A DNA stretch of 64,000 bases from Bacillota bacterium (GTDB taxonomy: Bacteria > Bacillota > Desulfotomaculia > Desulfotomaculales > UBA12532), in assembly GCA_040751815.1 (NCBI GenBank), contig JBFMHQ010000001.1, forward strand, positions 4,073-68,072, in the 5' to 3' direction. The position numbers were made by a program, and so were the translations under genes. This document shows positions 41,518 through 51,639 of this stretch, one piece after another. Positions within the stretch are counted from its first letter, which is position 1. Each line of letters begins with the position of its first letter. The notes under the pieces are model-generated. The model did no database searches, was not told where the DNA came from, and saw nothing but the letters and a program-made list of their open reading frames with translations.

Positions 41518-43509
41518 ATGGACCAGAAGGTATTACGGCGTAAGATTAACGTTTTCACGGCTATCGTGGTGGCCGTATTTCTTGTGCTGGGTTTTCGCCT
41601 GGCTTACCTGCAATTGCTGGAAATGGACCGTTTCCGTACCCTGGCGCGGGAGAACAGCGTGCGCCTCATACCCATTGAAGCCCCGCGTGGGGAAATTTTC
41701 GACCGCCACGGCAAAAAAATCGTCGGCAACCGCCCTCTCTATGCCGTTTCCCTCGTGAACCTCGACCTTAAACGTGAAGAACTGGCGCGGGTGGTGAAGC
41801 GACTTGCGCTGCTCCTCGGGATGCCTGAACAAGAGATCTGGGCGCGGGTCAACGACGAGAAGCTGCGGCGCTACGAGCCGGTGTACATCGCCAGGAACGT
41901 CTCGCTGGACGTCATTACCCGGATCGAAGAGCGCCGCGAGGAACTGCCCGGAGTGATTATCGACATCCAGCCCCAGAGGGACTACCCGTACGGCAGCTTG
42001 CTGGCCCACGTCCTGGGGTATACCCGCGAGATCCAGCCGGCGCAACTGGAACGGCACAAGGACGAGGGGTACCGGATGGGGGACATGTACGGCCAGGCGG
42101 GGCTCGAGAACACGTACGAGCGCTACCTGCGCGGGGAAAAGGGCGCCTGGCAGGTAGAGGTTGACGCCTGGGCCCGGCCGGTTCGCTACCTGGGGGTCAA
42201 GAACCCGGTCCCCGGAAACGACCTTTATCTGACCATCGACCTCGAGTTGCAGAAGACAGCCGAGGAAGCACTGGCGAAGTCCATCCAGGCGGTGCAGAAA
42301 GGCGGTTACCCGCAGGCCAGGGCGGGTGCGGCGGTAATGCTGGACGTGCGCACCGGGGAAGTGCTGGCGATGGCCAGCTATCCTTCCTACAATCCCGCGG
42401 ATCTGGCGCGGGACCTCACCCCGGCCGAAGTGCAGAAGATCTTCTCTTCCCCGGACCAGATCCTTCTGAACCGGGCCATCCAGGCGGTTTACCCACCGGG
42501 CTCCACGTTCAAGATGGTGGTCGCGGCCGCGGCCCTGGAGACCGGAACCATTAGCGAGGATTTTGCCATCTGGGATACCGGGCGCTTCTACCTGGGCCGG
42601 CTTTATACCGACTGGAAACCGGGTGGCCACGGCCGGGTCGATCTGTTGCGGGCGATTCAGGTCTCCTGTGACACCTACTTCTGGACGGTGGGGCGCATGG
42701 TTGGGCCGGAGGCGATTGCGAAATTTGCCCGCGAACTGGGGTTGGGAAAAGCCACCGGCATCGATATACCGGGCGAACGCAGCGGTGCCGTACCGACAAG
42801 GGAATACAAGTACAAGGTGGTCAAGCAGCAGCTCGACCAGCGGTTCGGGCCCGAGTTCCGGGCTGTAGAAGACAGGTACCGGAAGCTCATCGCGCGCGCG
42901 GCGACACCGGAGGAAAAGGCGAGGTTGGAAAGGGAACGCGACCGGGAGCGGGCGCGCATACAGGCCCAGTACGACCGTTACGCCTGGGAGCTGGAGTGGC
43001 GCGACTACGACACCCTTAACCTGTCCATCGGCCAGGGCTACAACGAGTATACCCCGCTGCAACTGGCCAACTACGTGGCGGCCATCGCCAACGGCGGGAC
43101 GGTTTACAGGCCTTACCTGGTCAAGAAGATCGTTTCCCCGACGGGGCAGACAGTGGCCACCTTCGAACCCCGGGTGGTGCACCGGGCCAATATTTCGCCC
43201 GCCACGCTGGCAACCATCCGTGCCGGAATGGGCAAGGTCTGCCAGCCCGGGGGCACGGCTTACGGCGTTTTCTACGATTTTCCACGGGCCGTCGCCGGGA
43301 AGACCGGTACGGCGGAGGTTTTCGGCAAGGATAACCACGGCATCTACGTGGCCTTCGCGCCACTCGATAAGCCCGAAGTAGCCATCGCGGTCGTCGTGGA
43401 ACACGGGGGTCATGGTTCTTCGGCAGCTGCTCCGGTCGCCCGGGCCCTCCTGGAGAAGTACTTTGGTGTCGAACCGCGACCTGTGCCCCTTGGACCGCCT
43501 ACAGAATAG
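41518..43509 (+). CDS. mrdA: penicillin-binding protein 2
   Basis: APRGEIFDR, PGSTFK, SCDTYF and GKTGTAE motifs. Confidence 0.93.
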   Translation: MDQKVLRRKINVFTAIVVAVFLVLGFRLAYLQLLEMDRFRTLARENSVRLIPIEAPRGEIFDRHGKKIVGNRPLYAVSLVNLDLKREELARVVKRLALLLGMPEQEIWARVNDEKLRRYEPVYIARNVSLDVITRIEERREELPGVIIDIQPQRDYPYGSLLAHVLGYTREIQPAQLERHKDEGYRMGDMYGQAGLENTYERYLRGEKGAWQVEVDAWARPVRYLGVKNPVPGNDLYLTIDLELQKTAEEALAKSIQAVQKGGYPQARAGAAVMLDVRTGEVLAMASYPSYNPADLARDLTPAEVQKIFSSPDQILLNRAIQAVYPPGSTFKMVVAAAALETGTISEDFAIWDTGRFYLGRLYTDWKPGGHGRVDLLRAIQVSCDTYFWTVGRMVGPEAIAKFARELGLGKATGIDIPGERSGAVPTREYKYKVVKQQLDQRFGPEFRAVEDRYRKLIARAATPEEKARLERERDRERARIQAQYDRYAWELEWRDYDTLNLSIGQGYNEYTPLQLANYVAAIANGGTVYRPYLVKKIVSPTGQTVATFEPRVVHRANISPATLATIRAGMGKVCQPGGTAYGVFYDFPRAVAGKTGTAEVFGKDNHGIYVAFAPLDKPEVAIAVVVEHGGHGSSAAAPVARALLEKYFGVEPRPVPLGPPTE

Positions 43510-43554
43510 TACAAGACCTTTGAAAAACTGTGGTAAAAAGACGTGACCGAATTA

Positions 43555-43581
43555 GCAGGATTTGGTTCTAATCTGTAGAAT
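43555..43581 (+). promoter_or_regulatory. putative sigma-H promoter of minCDE
   Basis: GCAGGATTT...GTAGAAT (AGGA-N17-GAAT). Confidence 0.6.
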
Positions 43582-43603
43582 AAGACCCGGCAGGAGGAGA
43601 CTG

Positions 43604-43996
43604 GTGATGGCCGTGCAAAACATCTTGAAAGAGGCGGCCGAGCGCAAGACGGTGCTCGTTCAACGCACCCTGAGGTCAGGCCAGCAAATGAGTTACGACG
43701 GCAACGTGGTCATTCTCGGCGATGTTAATCCGGGAGCGCACGTCACGGCCACGGGTGACGTTATCGTCATGGGTGTCCTGCGGGGTACGGTCCACGCCGG
43801 CGCACGCGGGGATGACGAAGCGGTGGTGATCGCGTTTCGCCTGCGTCCCACGCAGTTGCGCATCGCCGGGCATATCGCGCGGCCTCCCGACCAGGACGCC
43901 GGTAACCCTGAGCAGCCGGAAATTGCCAGGGTGAAGGACGGTACGGTGGTCATTGAGGCCTTCCCGCCGGGCGGGGAGCGTCAGGCCAAGATGTAG
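43604..43996 (+). CDS. minC: septum site-determining protein MinC (C-terminal domain only)
   Basis: TLRSGQ, GDVNPGA and LRGTVHAG motifs; AGGAGG RBS. Confidence 0.88.
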   Translation: MMAVQNILKEAAERKTVLVQRTLRSGQQMSYDGNVVILGDVNPGAHVTATGDVIVMGVLRGTVHAGARGDDEAVVIAFRLRPTQLRIAGHIARPPDQDAGNPEQPEIARVKDGTVVIEAFPPGGERQAKM

Positions 43997-44020
43997 GGGC
44001 GAAAGGGAGGAACTTCTTCG

Positions 44021-44815
44021 ATGGGCGAAGTTATTGTCGTGACTTCCGGCAAGGGCGGCGTAGGAAAGACCACAGCTACCGCCAATATCGGGGCGGGCCT
44101 CGCTATGCTGGGGCACAAGGTGGTCCTTGTGGATGCCGATATAGGTTTGCGGAACCTTGACGTCATTCTCGGACTCGAAAACCGCATCGTGTACGACCTG
44201 GTGGACGTTACCCAGGGGAATTGCCGCTTGCGTCAGGCGCTGATCAGGGACAAACGGTTTGAGGGTTTACACCTTTTGCCTGCGGCGCAGACCAAGGACA
44301 AAACGGCGGTCAGCCCGGAACAGATGCGCGAGCTCTGCGGCGAATTGAAGGAAATGTTCGAGTACGTTATTGTCGACTCGCCGGCGGGGATCGAACAGGG
44401 ATTTCGGAATGCCATTGCGGGAGCCGAAAAAGCCATCGTCATTACGACTCCTGAGGTGGCGGCGGTCCGCGACGCGGACCGGGTCATCGGCCTGTTGGAG
44501 GCCGCCGAACTCAACGACCCGAAGCTGGTTGTTAACCGCCTGCGCCCGCGCATGGTCCAGCGGGGCGACATGATGAACATCGACGACATTATCGACATCC
44601 TGGCCATTGATCTCCTGGGTGTAATCCCGGAGGACGAACAGATCATTATCAGCACCAACCGGGGCGAGACGGTGGTGCAGGAGGACAGGTCTTTTGCCGG
44701 GCAGGCTTTCCGCAATATTGTGTGGCGCATCCTGGGCGAGCCGGTGCCGCTTATGAGCTTCGACCGGGAATTAGGCTTCTTCGGGCGCTTACGCCGGCTT
44801 GTCGGGCTGGGGTAG
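44021..44815 (+). CDS. minD: septum site-determining ATPase MinD
   Basis: SGKGGVGKTT and DSPAGIEQGF motifs; C-terminal amphipathic helix. Confidence 0.98.
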   Translation: MGEVIVVTSGKGGVGKTTATANIGAGLAMLGHKVVLVDADIGLRNLDVILGLENRIVYDLVDVTQGNCRLRQALIRDKRFEGLHLLPAAQTKDKTAVSPEQMRELCGELKEMFEYVIVDSPAGIEQGFRNAIAGAEKAIVITTPEVAAVRDADRVIGLLEAAELNDPKLVVNRLRPRMVQRGDMMNIDDIIDILAIDLLGVIPEDEQIIISTNRGETVVQEDRSFAGQAFRNIVWRILGEPVPLMSFDRELGFFGRLRRLVGLG

Positions 44816-44840
44816 CTTGGGGGGAAGGGGGAGAAGGGTT

Positions 44841-45119
44841 TTGTTCTCGTTTCTGGCCAGGTGGTTTGGCAAGGAGGACGCGGGCAGCAAGCATGTTGCC
44901 AAGGAGCGGTTGCGCCTTGTGCTGGTGCACGACCGGGCCAGCGTTTCGCCGCAGCTTTTACAGGTGTTGAAGGAAGATCTGCTTAAGGTAATTTCCAACT
45001 ACATCGAGGTCGATGAAAACAGGCTCGAGGTGCAAATCGACCGCACCGAAAACGCCGTGGCCCTCGTCGCGAGCATTCCCATCAAGAGGTTGAAGCGGCT
45101 GGCCAAGAGTCTGGCCTAG
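44841..45119 (+). CDS. minE: cell division topological specificity factor MinE
   Basis: SKHVAKERLRLVLVHDR motif. Confidence 0.95.
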   Translation: MFSFLARWFGKEDAGSKHVAKERLRLVLVHDRASVSPQLLQVLKEDLLKVISNYIEVDENRLEVQIDRTENAVALVASIPIKRLKRLAKSLA

Positions 45120-45123
45120 CAGT

Positions 45124-45143
45124 GGGGGGGTTCCCCCCTTTTT
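45124..45143 (+). terminator. intrinsic terminator after minE
   Basis: G7-TT-C6 followed by TTTTT. Confidence 0.6.
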
Positions 45144-45177
45144 CATCGGGGCCCCGTCGCTTATAATAGAGGAGTGG

Positions 45178-46332
45178 GTGATGGGGTCCATGCGGGTTAA
45201 GAAGCTGCTCCGCAATCTCGATTACACCCTGATTCTGGCCGTGGCGGTGGTGCTCTTCCTTGGCCTGTTAACCATCGCCAGTGCCACCCACGCCACCGGC
45301 GGCGCAGGCGCAGGTACCTATTCCTTCTATTACGTTAAGATGCAGCTGGTGTGGGTTGGCTTGGGCCTTGTCTGCTTGACAGCTCTTCTCCTCTGGCGTT
45401 ACGAGGAATTGCCCAGGTTCAGTCGTCTCCTTTATGCCGTCAACCTGGTGCTGCTTGCTGCGGTTCTTGTTGCCGGGAGAGAGGCGCTGGGGGCGCAGCG
45501 CTGGATCCAGATCGGCCCTTTTTCCTTCCAGCCCTCCGAGTTTGCCAAGTTGCTGATGATCGTTACCCTTGCCGACTTCCTGGCGCGGCGGGAAGGCCGG
45601 CTAAAGCGGTTCCGCGACCTTCTACCCGCCTTCGCCTATGTCGGGGTTCCGATGCTCCTCATTTTAAAGCAACCTGACCTGGGAACTTCCCTGGTATTTC
45701 TAGCCATAACTTTCGGTATGCTGTTCATGGCCGGTGCCCGGCCCGCCCTTCTGGCCCTTCTCGGGGGAGGAGGTGCGCTGGCGGCAGGGCTCTGGATTTG
45801 GGCCGCCCTCACCTACGGCGTATGGATTCCCCTTAAAGATTACCAGCTTACCCGCCTCACCATCTTTCTGGATCCCTGGCAGGACTGGCAGGGGGCCGGG
45901 TACCACATGATCCAGTCCCAAATCGCCATCGGTTCGGGGGGGCCGTTCGGCAGGGGCCTTTTCAACGGAACCCAGAACCAGTATAACTTTTTACCGGAGC
46001 AGCATACGGACTTTATCTTCTCGGCTTTTGCCGAGGAGTGGGGTTTTATAGGGGCCCTCGTGCTGCTTTTCTTTTTCTTCGTCATCCTTTACCGGGCGCT
46101 GCGTATCGCCTTGCACGCCAAGGATACGTTCGGCACCCTTCTGGCAACGGGCATCGCCTCCATGCTGGTTTTTCACATCCTGGTTAATATCGGTATGACC
46201 GTAGGGATTATGCCGGTGACCGGCATACCCCTGCCGTTTTTCAGCTACGGCGGGAGCGCCATGCTCACCAACATGGCTTCCCTTGGCCTGCTTTTGAATA
46301 TCTGGATACGGCGCCGCCAGATCATCTTCTGA
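45178..46332 (+). CDS. rodA: rod shape-determining protein RodA (SEDS)
   Basis: QPSEFAK, KQPDLGT, PEQHTDFIF and SYGGS motifs. Confidence 0.93.
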   Translation: MMGSMRVKKLLRNLDYTLILAVAVVLFLGLLTIASATHATGGAGAGTYSFYYVKMQLVWVGLGLVCLTALLLWRYEELPRFSRLLYAVNLVLLAAVLVAGREALGAQRWIQIGPFSFQPSEFAKLLMIVTLADFLARREGRLKRFRDLLPAFAYVGVPMLLILKQPDLGTSLVFLAITFGMLFMAGARPALLALLGGGGALAAGLWIWAALTYGVWIPLKDYQLTRLTIFLDPWQDWQGAGYHMIQSQIAIGSGGPFGRGLFNGTQNQYNFLPEQHTDFIFSAFAEEWGFIGALVLLFFFFVILYRALRIALHAKDTFGTLLATGIASMLVFHILVNIGMTVGIMPVTGIPLPFFSYGGSAMLTNMASLGLLLNIWIRRRQIIF

Positions 46333-46346
46333 AGTGCGGGAGTGAT

Positions 46347-47093
46347 ATGGAAGATCTCTTCGCCGGTGTGGCCGCGCATTATGACGAATGGTACGGCACG
46401 CCCCTCGGGTGTACGGTTGACGCCCTGGAGAAGGACCTTTTCTACCGCCTGGCCCGCCCGCAACCCGGGGAAAAGGTTCTGGACGCGGGGTGCGGCACCG
46501 GACGTCTGTGCGCGGAACTGGCGGAGCAGGGTCTTTTTGTAACCGGGATCGACCGCTCGGAGGCCATGCTGGCCGTGGCCCGGGCGCGCCTGGGCAACCA
46601 CGCGCGGGTACGGCTTTACCGGGGCGACATCGAAGCCCTCCCCCTGAGAAGCGATGATTTTCACCTGGTTGTGGCCTTTACGACCCTCGAGTTTACCCCG
46701 CGCCCCGAATTGGCCCTGCAGCAGTTATGGCGGGTGGTGCGGCCCGGGGGCAGGCTGGTGGTGGCCGTATTGAACCGCCTGAGTCCCTGGGCCTGGCGGC
46801 GCCGTAAAGCGCCGCCAGGCAGCATCTGGGCCCACGCCCATTTCTTCACCCCCTGGGAGCTTATCCACCTGGTACACCGCGTGGCACCCGGGGAACCCCG
46901 CGTCTGGAGTTCGGCGGTCTTTATCCCGCCGGGGGCGGGTGCGTGGCTGCTGGCCTGCGCCTGGTATCTGGAAAGGATCGGCCGGCCCCTTCTGCGCCCT
47001 TTCGGCGCCCTCATCGTCCTGCGGGTAGATAAGAAGCAGGCCCGGTTCAGGTGCCCTGAACTGTCTACCGTTTCCGGGCTCCTTGCCCGGTAA
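46347..47093 (+). CDS. class I SAM-dependent methyltransferase
   Basis: VLDAGCGTG and RVVRPGG motifs. Confidence 0.88.
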   Translation: MEDLFAGVAAHYDEWYGTPLGCTVDALEKDLFYRLARPQPGEKVLDAGCGTGRLCAELAEQGLFVTGIDRSEAMLAVARARLGNHARVRLYRGDIEALPLRSDDFHLVVAFTTLEFTPRPELALQQLWRVVRPGGRLVVAVLNRLSPWAWRRRKAPPGSIWAHAHFFTPWELIHLVHRVAPGEPRVWSSAVFIPPGAGAWLLACAWYLERIGRPLLRPFGALIVLRVDKKQARFRCPELSTVSGLLAR

Positions 47094-47287
47094 GGCCCTT
47101 CCGGAATTTCACCTGCCAGGCCCAAAGAATGATGACCGGCCGGTGCACGGCCGGAGCCGGGACTCCCGTCCCGGAGGCGGCTATTTCGCCGCACTTGCGG
47201 AAGGTGCTTTGCGTGGACGACCTGGCATAATTCCCTGCCCTCCACATAGGGATGTAATAACCTGAATAACCCTTGGGGGGATGCGTC

Positions 47288-48022
47288 TTGTGGCGTATCA
47301 GGAGGCCCCGCATTATCTGGCCGACCCCGGTCAGGCCTGCCTGGCCGACCCCGCCCAGACCGCGCCTCCGCTGGCAACAGGGTCTGGTACGGCGGCTGGT
47401 CTGGGTGCTGGCGGTTTTCCTGGTCCTGTTGGCCCTGAAGGAGGCAAACGGCCCGCTGAGCGAGGAAGTGAGAAACGGGCTAAGGTATGTGCTCACCACA
47501 GAGTGGAATTACCAGCCGGTGATCGAGAAGGTTGTGAGGTACGGTCTCCAGACGGTAAACGTGGATCTGCCCTTCTTCGATGTGGCGGGCACACAGCCGG
47601 CGGTGAGGGTGACAAAGAAGGTGGACATCCTCACGCTCCCGGTTTCGGGTGAACTGGTCGGGAAGTTCGGGTGGAACAAGGACGCCGGCACCGGTCTTGA
47701 GCGGTTTCATCCGGGGGTGGACATCGCCTGTGCTCCGGACAGCCCGGTGCGTGCCGTGCTGGACGGGGTCGTACTGCAGGTGGGCGAGGACGGCGCCCTG
47801 GGCCATTACGTGCTCATCGAGCATGGGGACAAGACGACTACCCTTTACGCCCACCTCAAAGAGGTAAAGGTTAAGGAAGGGGAGAAGGTCAAGGTAGGCC
47901 AGGTTATCGCCCTGGCCGGCGAGCACGGGGACTTCCCCGGCCCGGGACTCCACTTCGAATTCCGGGAAAAAGGGGAACTGATCGACCCCCTTACCAGATT
48001 CACCCTTTCCGGAAAGCAGTAG
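47288..48022 (+). CDS. M23 peptidase-domain membrane protein, SpoIVFA-like
   Basis: TM segment; HPGVD, YAHL and LHFE motifs; directly upstream of an M50 protease; start approximate. Confidence 0.8.
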   Translation: MWRIRRPRIIWPTPVRPAWPTPPRPRLRWQQGLVRRLVWVLAVFLVLLALKEANGPLSEEVRNGLRYVLTTEWNYQPVIEKVVRYGLQTVNVDLPFFDVAGTQPAVRVTKKVDILTLPVSGELVGKFGWNKDAGTGLERFHPGVDIACAPDSPVRAVLDGVVLQVGEDGALGHYVLIEHGDKTTTLYAHLKEVKVKEGEKVKVGQVIALAGEHGDFPGPGLHFEFREKGELIDPLTRFTLSGKQ

Positions 48023-48035
48023 GGGAGCGAGGAGT

Positions 48036-48914
48036 TTGCAACTCGGCCGCTGGCGGGGGGTAACGGTTTCCATAAACAATTGGTTTCTGACTCTGTTAGG
48101 GGTCTATTTTGCCGCCGGCGTGCTGGAACGCGGCCTGGTTGCCTTTGGGGCGGTCATGGTGCACGAACTGGCACATATCTGCGTGGCCCGGAAACTGGGT
48201 ATCGGCGTGACCCATGTCGAGCTGCTGCCCTTCGGCGGTTTGGCCGAGATCGAGAGCGATCTTCCTCTGAAGCCGGCCAAGGAAATTGCCATCGCTGCGG
48301 CAGGACCCCTTGCCAACCTTGTGCTCATCGCCCTGGCCATCGGCCTGCAACACTACGGCCTCTGGCATGCCGAACTGAGCCCTTTTTTTATCCAGTGCAA
48401 CCTCCTCCTTTTTGCCTTCAACCTTTTGCCGGGTCTTCCCCTCGACGGCGGGCATATATGGCGCGCCTGCCTTGCCGGCAGGCTCGGTCTGCCGGTTGCG
48501 ACCCTTTATGCCGCGACGTGGGGGCAATTCTGGGGGGTCTTGATTACGCTGGCCGGCGCGGTCGGCGTTTACCTCCATATCGCCGGCCTGGATATTGTCG
48601 CCACCGGTCTTTTTCTCTTTTACGCCGCGACGCGGGAAAGAAAGCAGGCGCCTTACCTTTACGTGCATTACCTGTCGGCCAAGCAGCGGACCCTTGTTGC
48701 GGCCGGTGTCCTGGCCGGCGAAATCATCGTCGCGGCGGCCTGGGTTCCGATCTGGCGGGTAACACGTGCCTTTCTGCCGCACCGGTATCATTTTATCGCG
48801 GTGGTTGATGGGGAGGGGCGACTTATACGCCTGGTTGAAGAACCCGTCCTTGTACAGGCCCTGCTGGCAGGGCACGCCGGGCAGCCCCTCGAGGAGGCCC
48901 TTAAAAAAATGTAA
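48036..48914 (+). CDS. spoIVFB: M50 intramembrane metalloprotease, SpoIVFB-like
   Basis: HELAH, AGPLAN and FNLLPGLPLDGG motifs; synteny. Confidence 0.82.
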   Translation: MQLGRWRGVTVSINNWFLTLLGVYFAAGVLERGLVAFGAVMVHELAHICVARKLGIGVTHVELLPFGGLAEIESDLPLKPAKEIAIAAAGPLANLVLIALAIGLQHYGLWHAELSPFFIQCNLLLFAFNLLPGLPLDGGHIWRACLAGRLGLPVATLYAATWGQFWGVLITLAGAVGVYLHIAGLDIVATGLFLFYAATRERKQAPYLYVHYLSAKQRTLVAAGVLAGEIIVAAAWVPIWRVTRAFLPHRYHFIAVVDGEGRLIRLVEEPVLVQALLAGHAGQPLEEALKKM

Positions 48915-49073
48915 AAGTCGTGCCGTTGCGTTTCAGGGCGTGCCATTCCGTCCCCCCCTTTCCGGGAAGAAAAATACCCGGGACTTCCTGACCCCCAATA
49001 AAAGGTTTTGCTGACTAGGGCGGGCATTCGGGGTTATAATTAGTTTGAGGCAGGGAATGGCAGGAGGTTCCGG

Positions 49074-50930
49074 ATGGTAAAGATAGACCACCTGCTTTCC
49101 CGGGTGGAAAAACCGGGGCGGTATGTGGGCGGGGAATTTAACGCCGTTGTCAAGGAATGGGACGGGGTAGACGTAAAAATTGCTTTTGCCTTTCCGGACG
49201 TTTACGAGGTCGGGATGTCGCACCTTGGGCTGCATATTCTCTATGATACGGTCAACCGACGTCCGGATGCACTGATGGAGCGGGTTTTTGCTCCCTGGCC
49301 GGATATGGAGCACCTTATGCGCCGGGAAGGGATACCCCTCTTCGCCCTGGAGTCGCGGCGCCCGCTGTGCGAATTCGACGTCGTGGCCTTCACCCTGCCG
49401 TACGAGCTTACCTACAGCAACGTGGTCAACATGCTCGACCTGGCAGGATTGCCCCTGGCTGCCGCCGCACGGGACGACCGTTATCCCCTGGTCATTGCGG
49501 GGGGGCCGTGCGCCTTCAATCCGGAACCGCTGGCCGATTTCATCGATGTTTTTTTTATCGGCGAAGGAGAAGAAGGGATCCATGATTTCATCGACGCTTT
49601 TCAGGCCGGGCGCCGGCAGGCCCTGACGCGGCGGGAACTGCTCCTCGTCCTGGCGAAAATGCCCGGATTCTACGTCCCGGAGTTGTACAGGGTGAGCTAC
49701 AGGGAAAACGGAGGCATTGCGTCCATTACCCCTGCGACCGGCGGCATACCGGCGCGGGTGAGACGGCGCCTGGTGCATGATCTGGATGCGGCGCCCTTTC
49801 CCACACGTCCCATCGTTCCCTACCTCAGCCCGGTACACGACCGCGCCGTACTCGAGGTTTTCCGTGGTTGCACCAGGGGATGCCGCTTCTGCCAGGCCGG
49901 CATGATTTACCGGCCGGTGCGTGAACGGAGCATGGACAGGCTCCTTGGTCTGGCCGAAGAACTTCTCCGGCAGACGGGGTACGACGAACTGTCGCTGGCC
50001 TCCCTGAGCACCGTGGACTACACGCGGCTGCGGGAACTGCTTGCCGCGCTGGACGCACGCTACCGGCGGGAGAGGGTGAGCCTGTCGCTCCCTTCGCTGC
50101 GTGCTGACGCCTTTGCCGTGGATATTGCCCGCACCATCCAGGAAGTACGGAAAAGTACCCTGACCTTTGCGCCGGAGGCCGGCACGCAACGCCTGCGCAA
50201 TGTCATTAACAAGCAGGTTACGGAAGAAGACCTTTTACGCGCCGTGGAGGCGGCGTTCAGGGCCGGCTGGTTGCGGGTAAAACTTTATTTCATGCTGGGG
50301 CTGCCCACGGAAACCGATGCCGACGTGGAGGGAATCGCTGCCCTGGCCCGCAAGGTTCTGGAAGTCGGGCGGGAGTGCGGGGTGCCGAAGGGACGGCTCT
50401 CCGTAACGGTGAGTGTGGCCTCCTTCGTACCTAAAGCCCATTCTCCCTTTCAGTGGGAGCCGCAGGCGCCCCTGGAGGTCCTTGCCGCGAGGCAGGCCCG
50501 GCTTAAGGAGTTGCTGCGAGGCCCGGGGCTGGCCTTTCACTGGCACGACCCGCGCACGAGCTTCCTGGAGGCTGTCTTCGCGCGCGGCGACAGGCGCCTG
50601 GGGGCCGTTTTGCGGGAGGCCCGGGCACGTGGTTGCCGCTTCGACGGCTGGCGGGAGCACTTCCGTTACGAAGCCTGGCTGGAGGCCTTCTCTGCTGCGG
50701 GCCTGGCCCCTGAAAACTACGCCTACCGGCGGTACGATTACGATGAGATTCTTCCGTGGGAGCATATCGACAGCGGCGTGAGTAAAGAGTTCCTGGCGGT
50801 GGAGCACCGGCGAGCGCTCCGGGGCGAGGTGACCGTGGACTGCCGGGGCGGTGTTTGCACAGGCTGCGGCGTATGCCCGGCACTGGACGCCGCGCCGCGT
50901 CTGGAGGTGGGCGCCGGTGGCGCGGTATAG
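49074..50930 (+). CDS. radical SAM protein (TIGR03960-like)
   Basis: FPDVYEVGMSHLG; CTRGCRFC; C-terminal DC..CTGCGVC cluster. Confidence 0.88.
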   Translation: MVKIDHLLSRVEKPGRYVGGEFNAVVKEWDGVDVKIAFAFPDVYEVGMSHLGLHILYDTVNRRPDALMERVFAPWPDMEHLMRREGIPLFALESRRPLCEFDVVAFTLPYELTYSNVVNMLDLAGLPLAAAARDDRYPLVIAGGPCAFNPEPLADFIDVFFIGEGEEGIHDFIDAFQAGRRQALTRRELLLVLAKMPGFYVPELYRVSYRENGGIASITPATGGIPARVRRRLVHDLDAAPFPTRPIVPYLSPVHDRAVLEVFRGCTRGCRFCQAGMIYRPVRERSMDRLLGLAEELLRQTGYDELSLASLSTVDYTRLRELLAALDARYRRERVSLSLPSLRADAFAVDIARTIQEVRKSTLTFAPEAGTQRLRNVINKQVTEEDLLRAVEAAFRAGWLRVKLYFMLGLPTETDADVEGIAALARKVLEVGRECGVPKGRLSVTVSVASFVPKAHSPFQWEPQAPLEVLAARQARLKELLRGPGLAFHWHDPRTSFLEAVFARGDRRLGAVLREARARGCRFDGWREHFRYEAWLEAFSAAGLAPENYAYRRYDYDEILPWEHIDSGVSKEFLAVEHRRALRGEVTVDCRGGVCTGCGVCPALDAAPRLEVGAGGAV

Positions 50931-51639
50931 GGTAGCATACGCCCAGAACGGGCCGGCCCGCTGGATCGGACACCTCGACATTATGCGGGCTTTCGCCCGC
51001 GCGGCGCGGCGCGCGGGGTTGCCGCTGGCTTACACCCGGGGTTTCAACCCGCGCCCCAAAATGAGTTTTGCCGCGCCGCTTCCTGTGGGCATGCGGGGCG
51101 AAAATGAGTACGTGGACCTGGAGCTTGAGGAAACACTTCCGACCAGCGAAGTTGCGCGGTACCTCCGCCATGCTCTGCCCCCGGGCCTTGAACTTCTCGC
51201 CGTTCGCCGCGTACCCGACGGGGCACCGGCGCCCATGAGCGTGCTGGACCGGGCACGGTACCTTTGCCACGGTACGCTGACGGAGGTTCTTCCCCCGGCC
51301 GAGATAGAAGACCGGCTTGCCTCCTTCCTGGCCAGGGGGGAGATCTGGGTTGCGCGCCGTAACGGGGAGCAGCCCCGGGACATCCGCCCCGGCATCAGGA
51401 GCATCGCGGTGCGGAGCGCTGATGGGGAAATTTCCCTGGCAATGGAACTCAAGGCCGGTTCGCAGGGCAACGTGCGCCCGGAGGAAGTGCTGCGGGCGCT
51501 AAGCGAGGTTTTGCCGCTGGACCCGGATTCCTTCGACCTGGCACGTACCGCGTTGATTGCCAGGGACGGAAGGCTTTTGTGGGATTGTGGAAAGGTGTTG
51601 GAAAGAAATGCTCAGAGAAATAGTGGCGACTTTACGTAA
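50917..51639 (+). CDS. radical SAM-linked protein (TIGR03936/DUF2344-like)
   Basis: IGHLD..R and GFNPRPKMSFA..LPVG motifs. Confidence 0.85.
   Translation: MARYRVAYAQNGPARWIGHLDIMRAFARAARRAGLPLAYTRGFNPRPKMSFAAPLPVGMRGENEYVDLELEETLPTSEVARYLRHALPPGLELLAVRRVPDGAPAPMSVLDRARYLCHGTLTEVLPPAEIEDRLASFLARGEIWVARRNGEQPRDIRPGIRSIAVRSADGEISLAMELKAGSQGNVRPEEVLRALSEVLPLDPDSFDLARTALIARDGRLLWDCGKVLERNAQRNSGDFT

Noticed and set aside
47225-47253. Sigma-E promoter for spoIVFA, and sigma-F/G candidates before lonB and the 1228 ORF
   Set aside because: Plausible by context, but spacing and -10 elements deviate from consensus; not supportable by eye.
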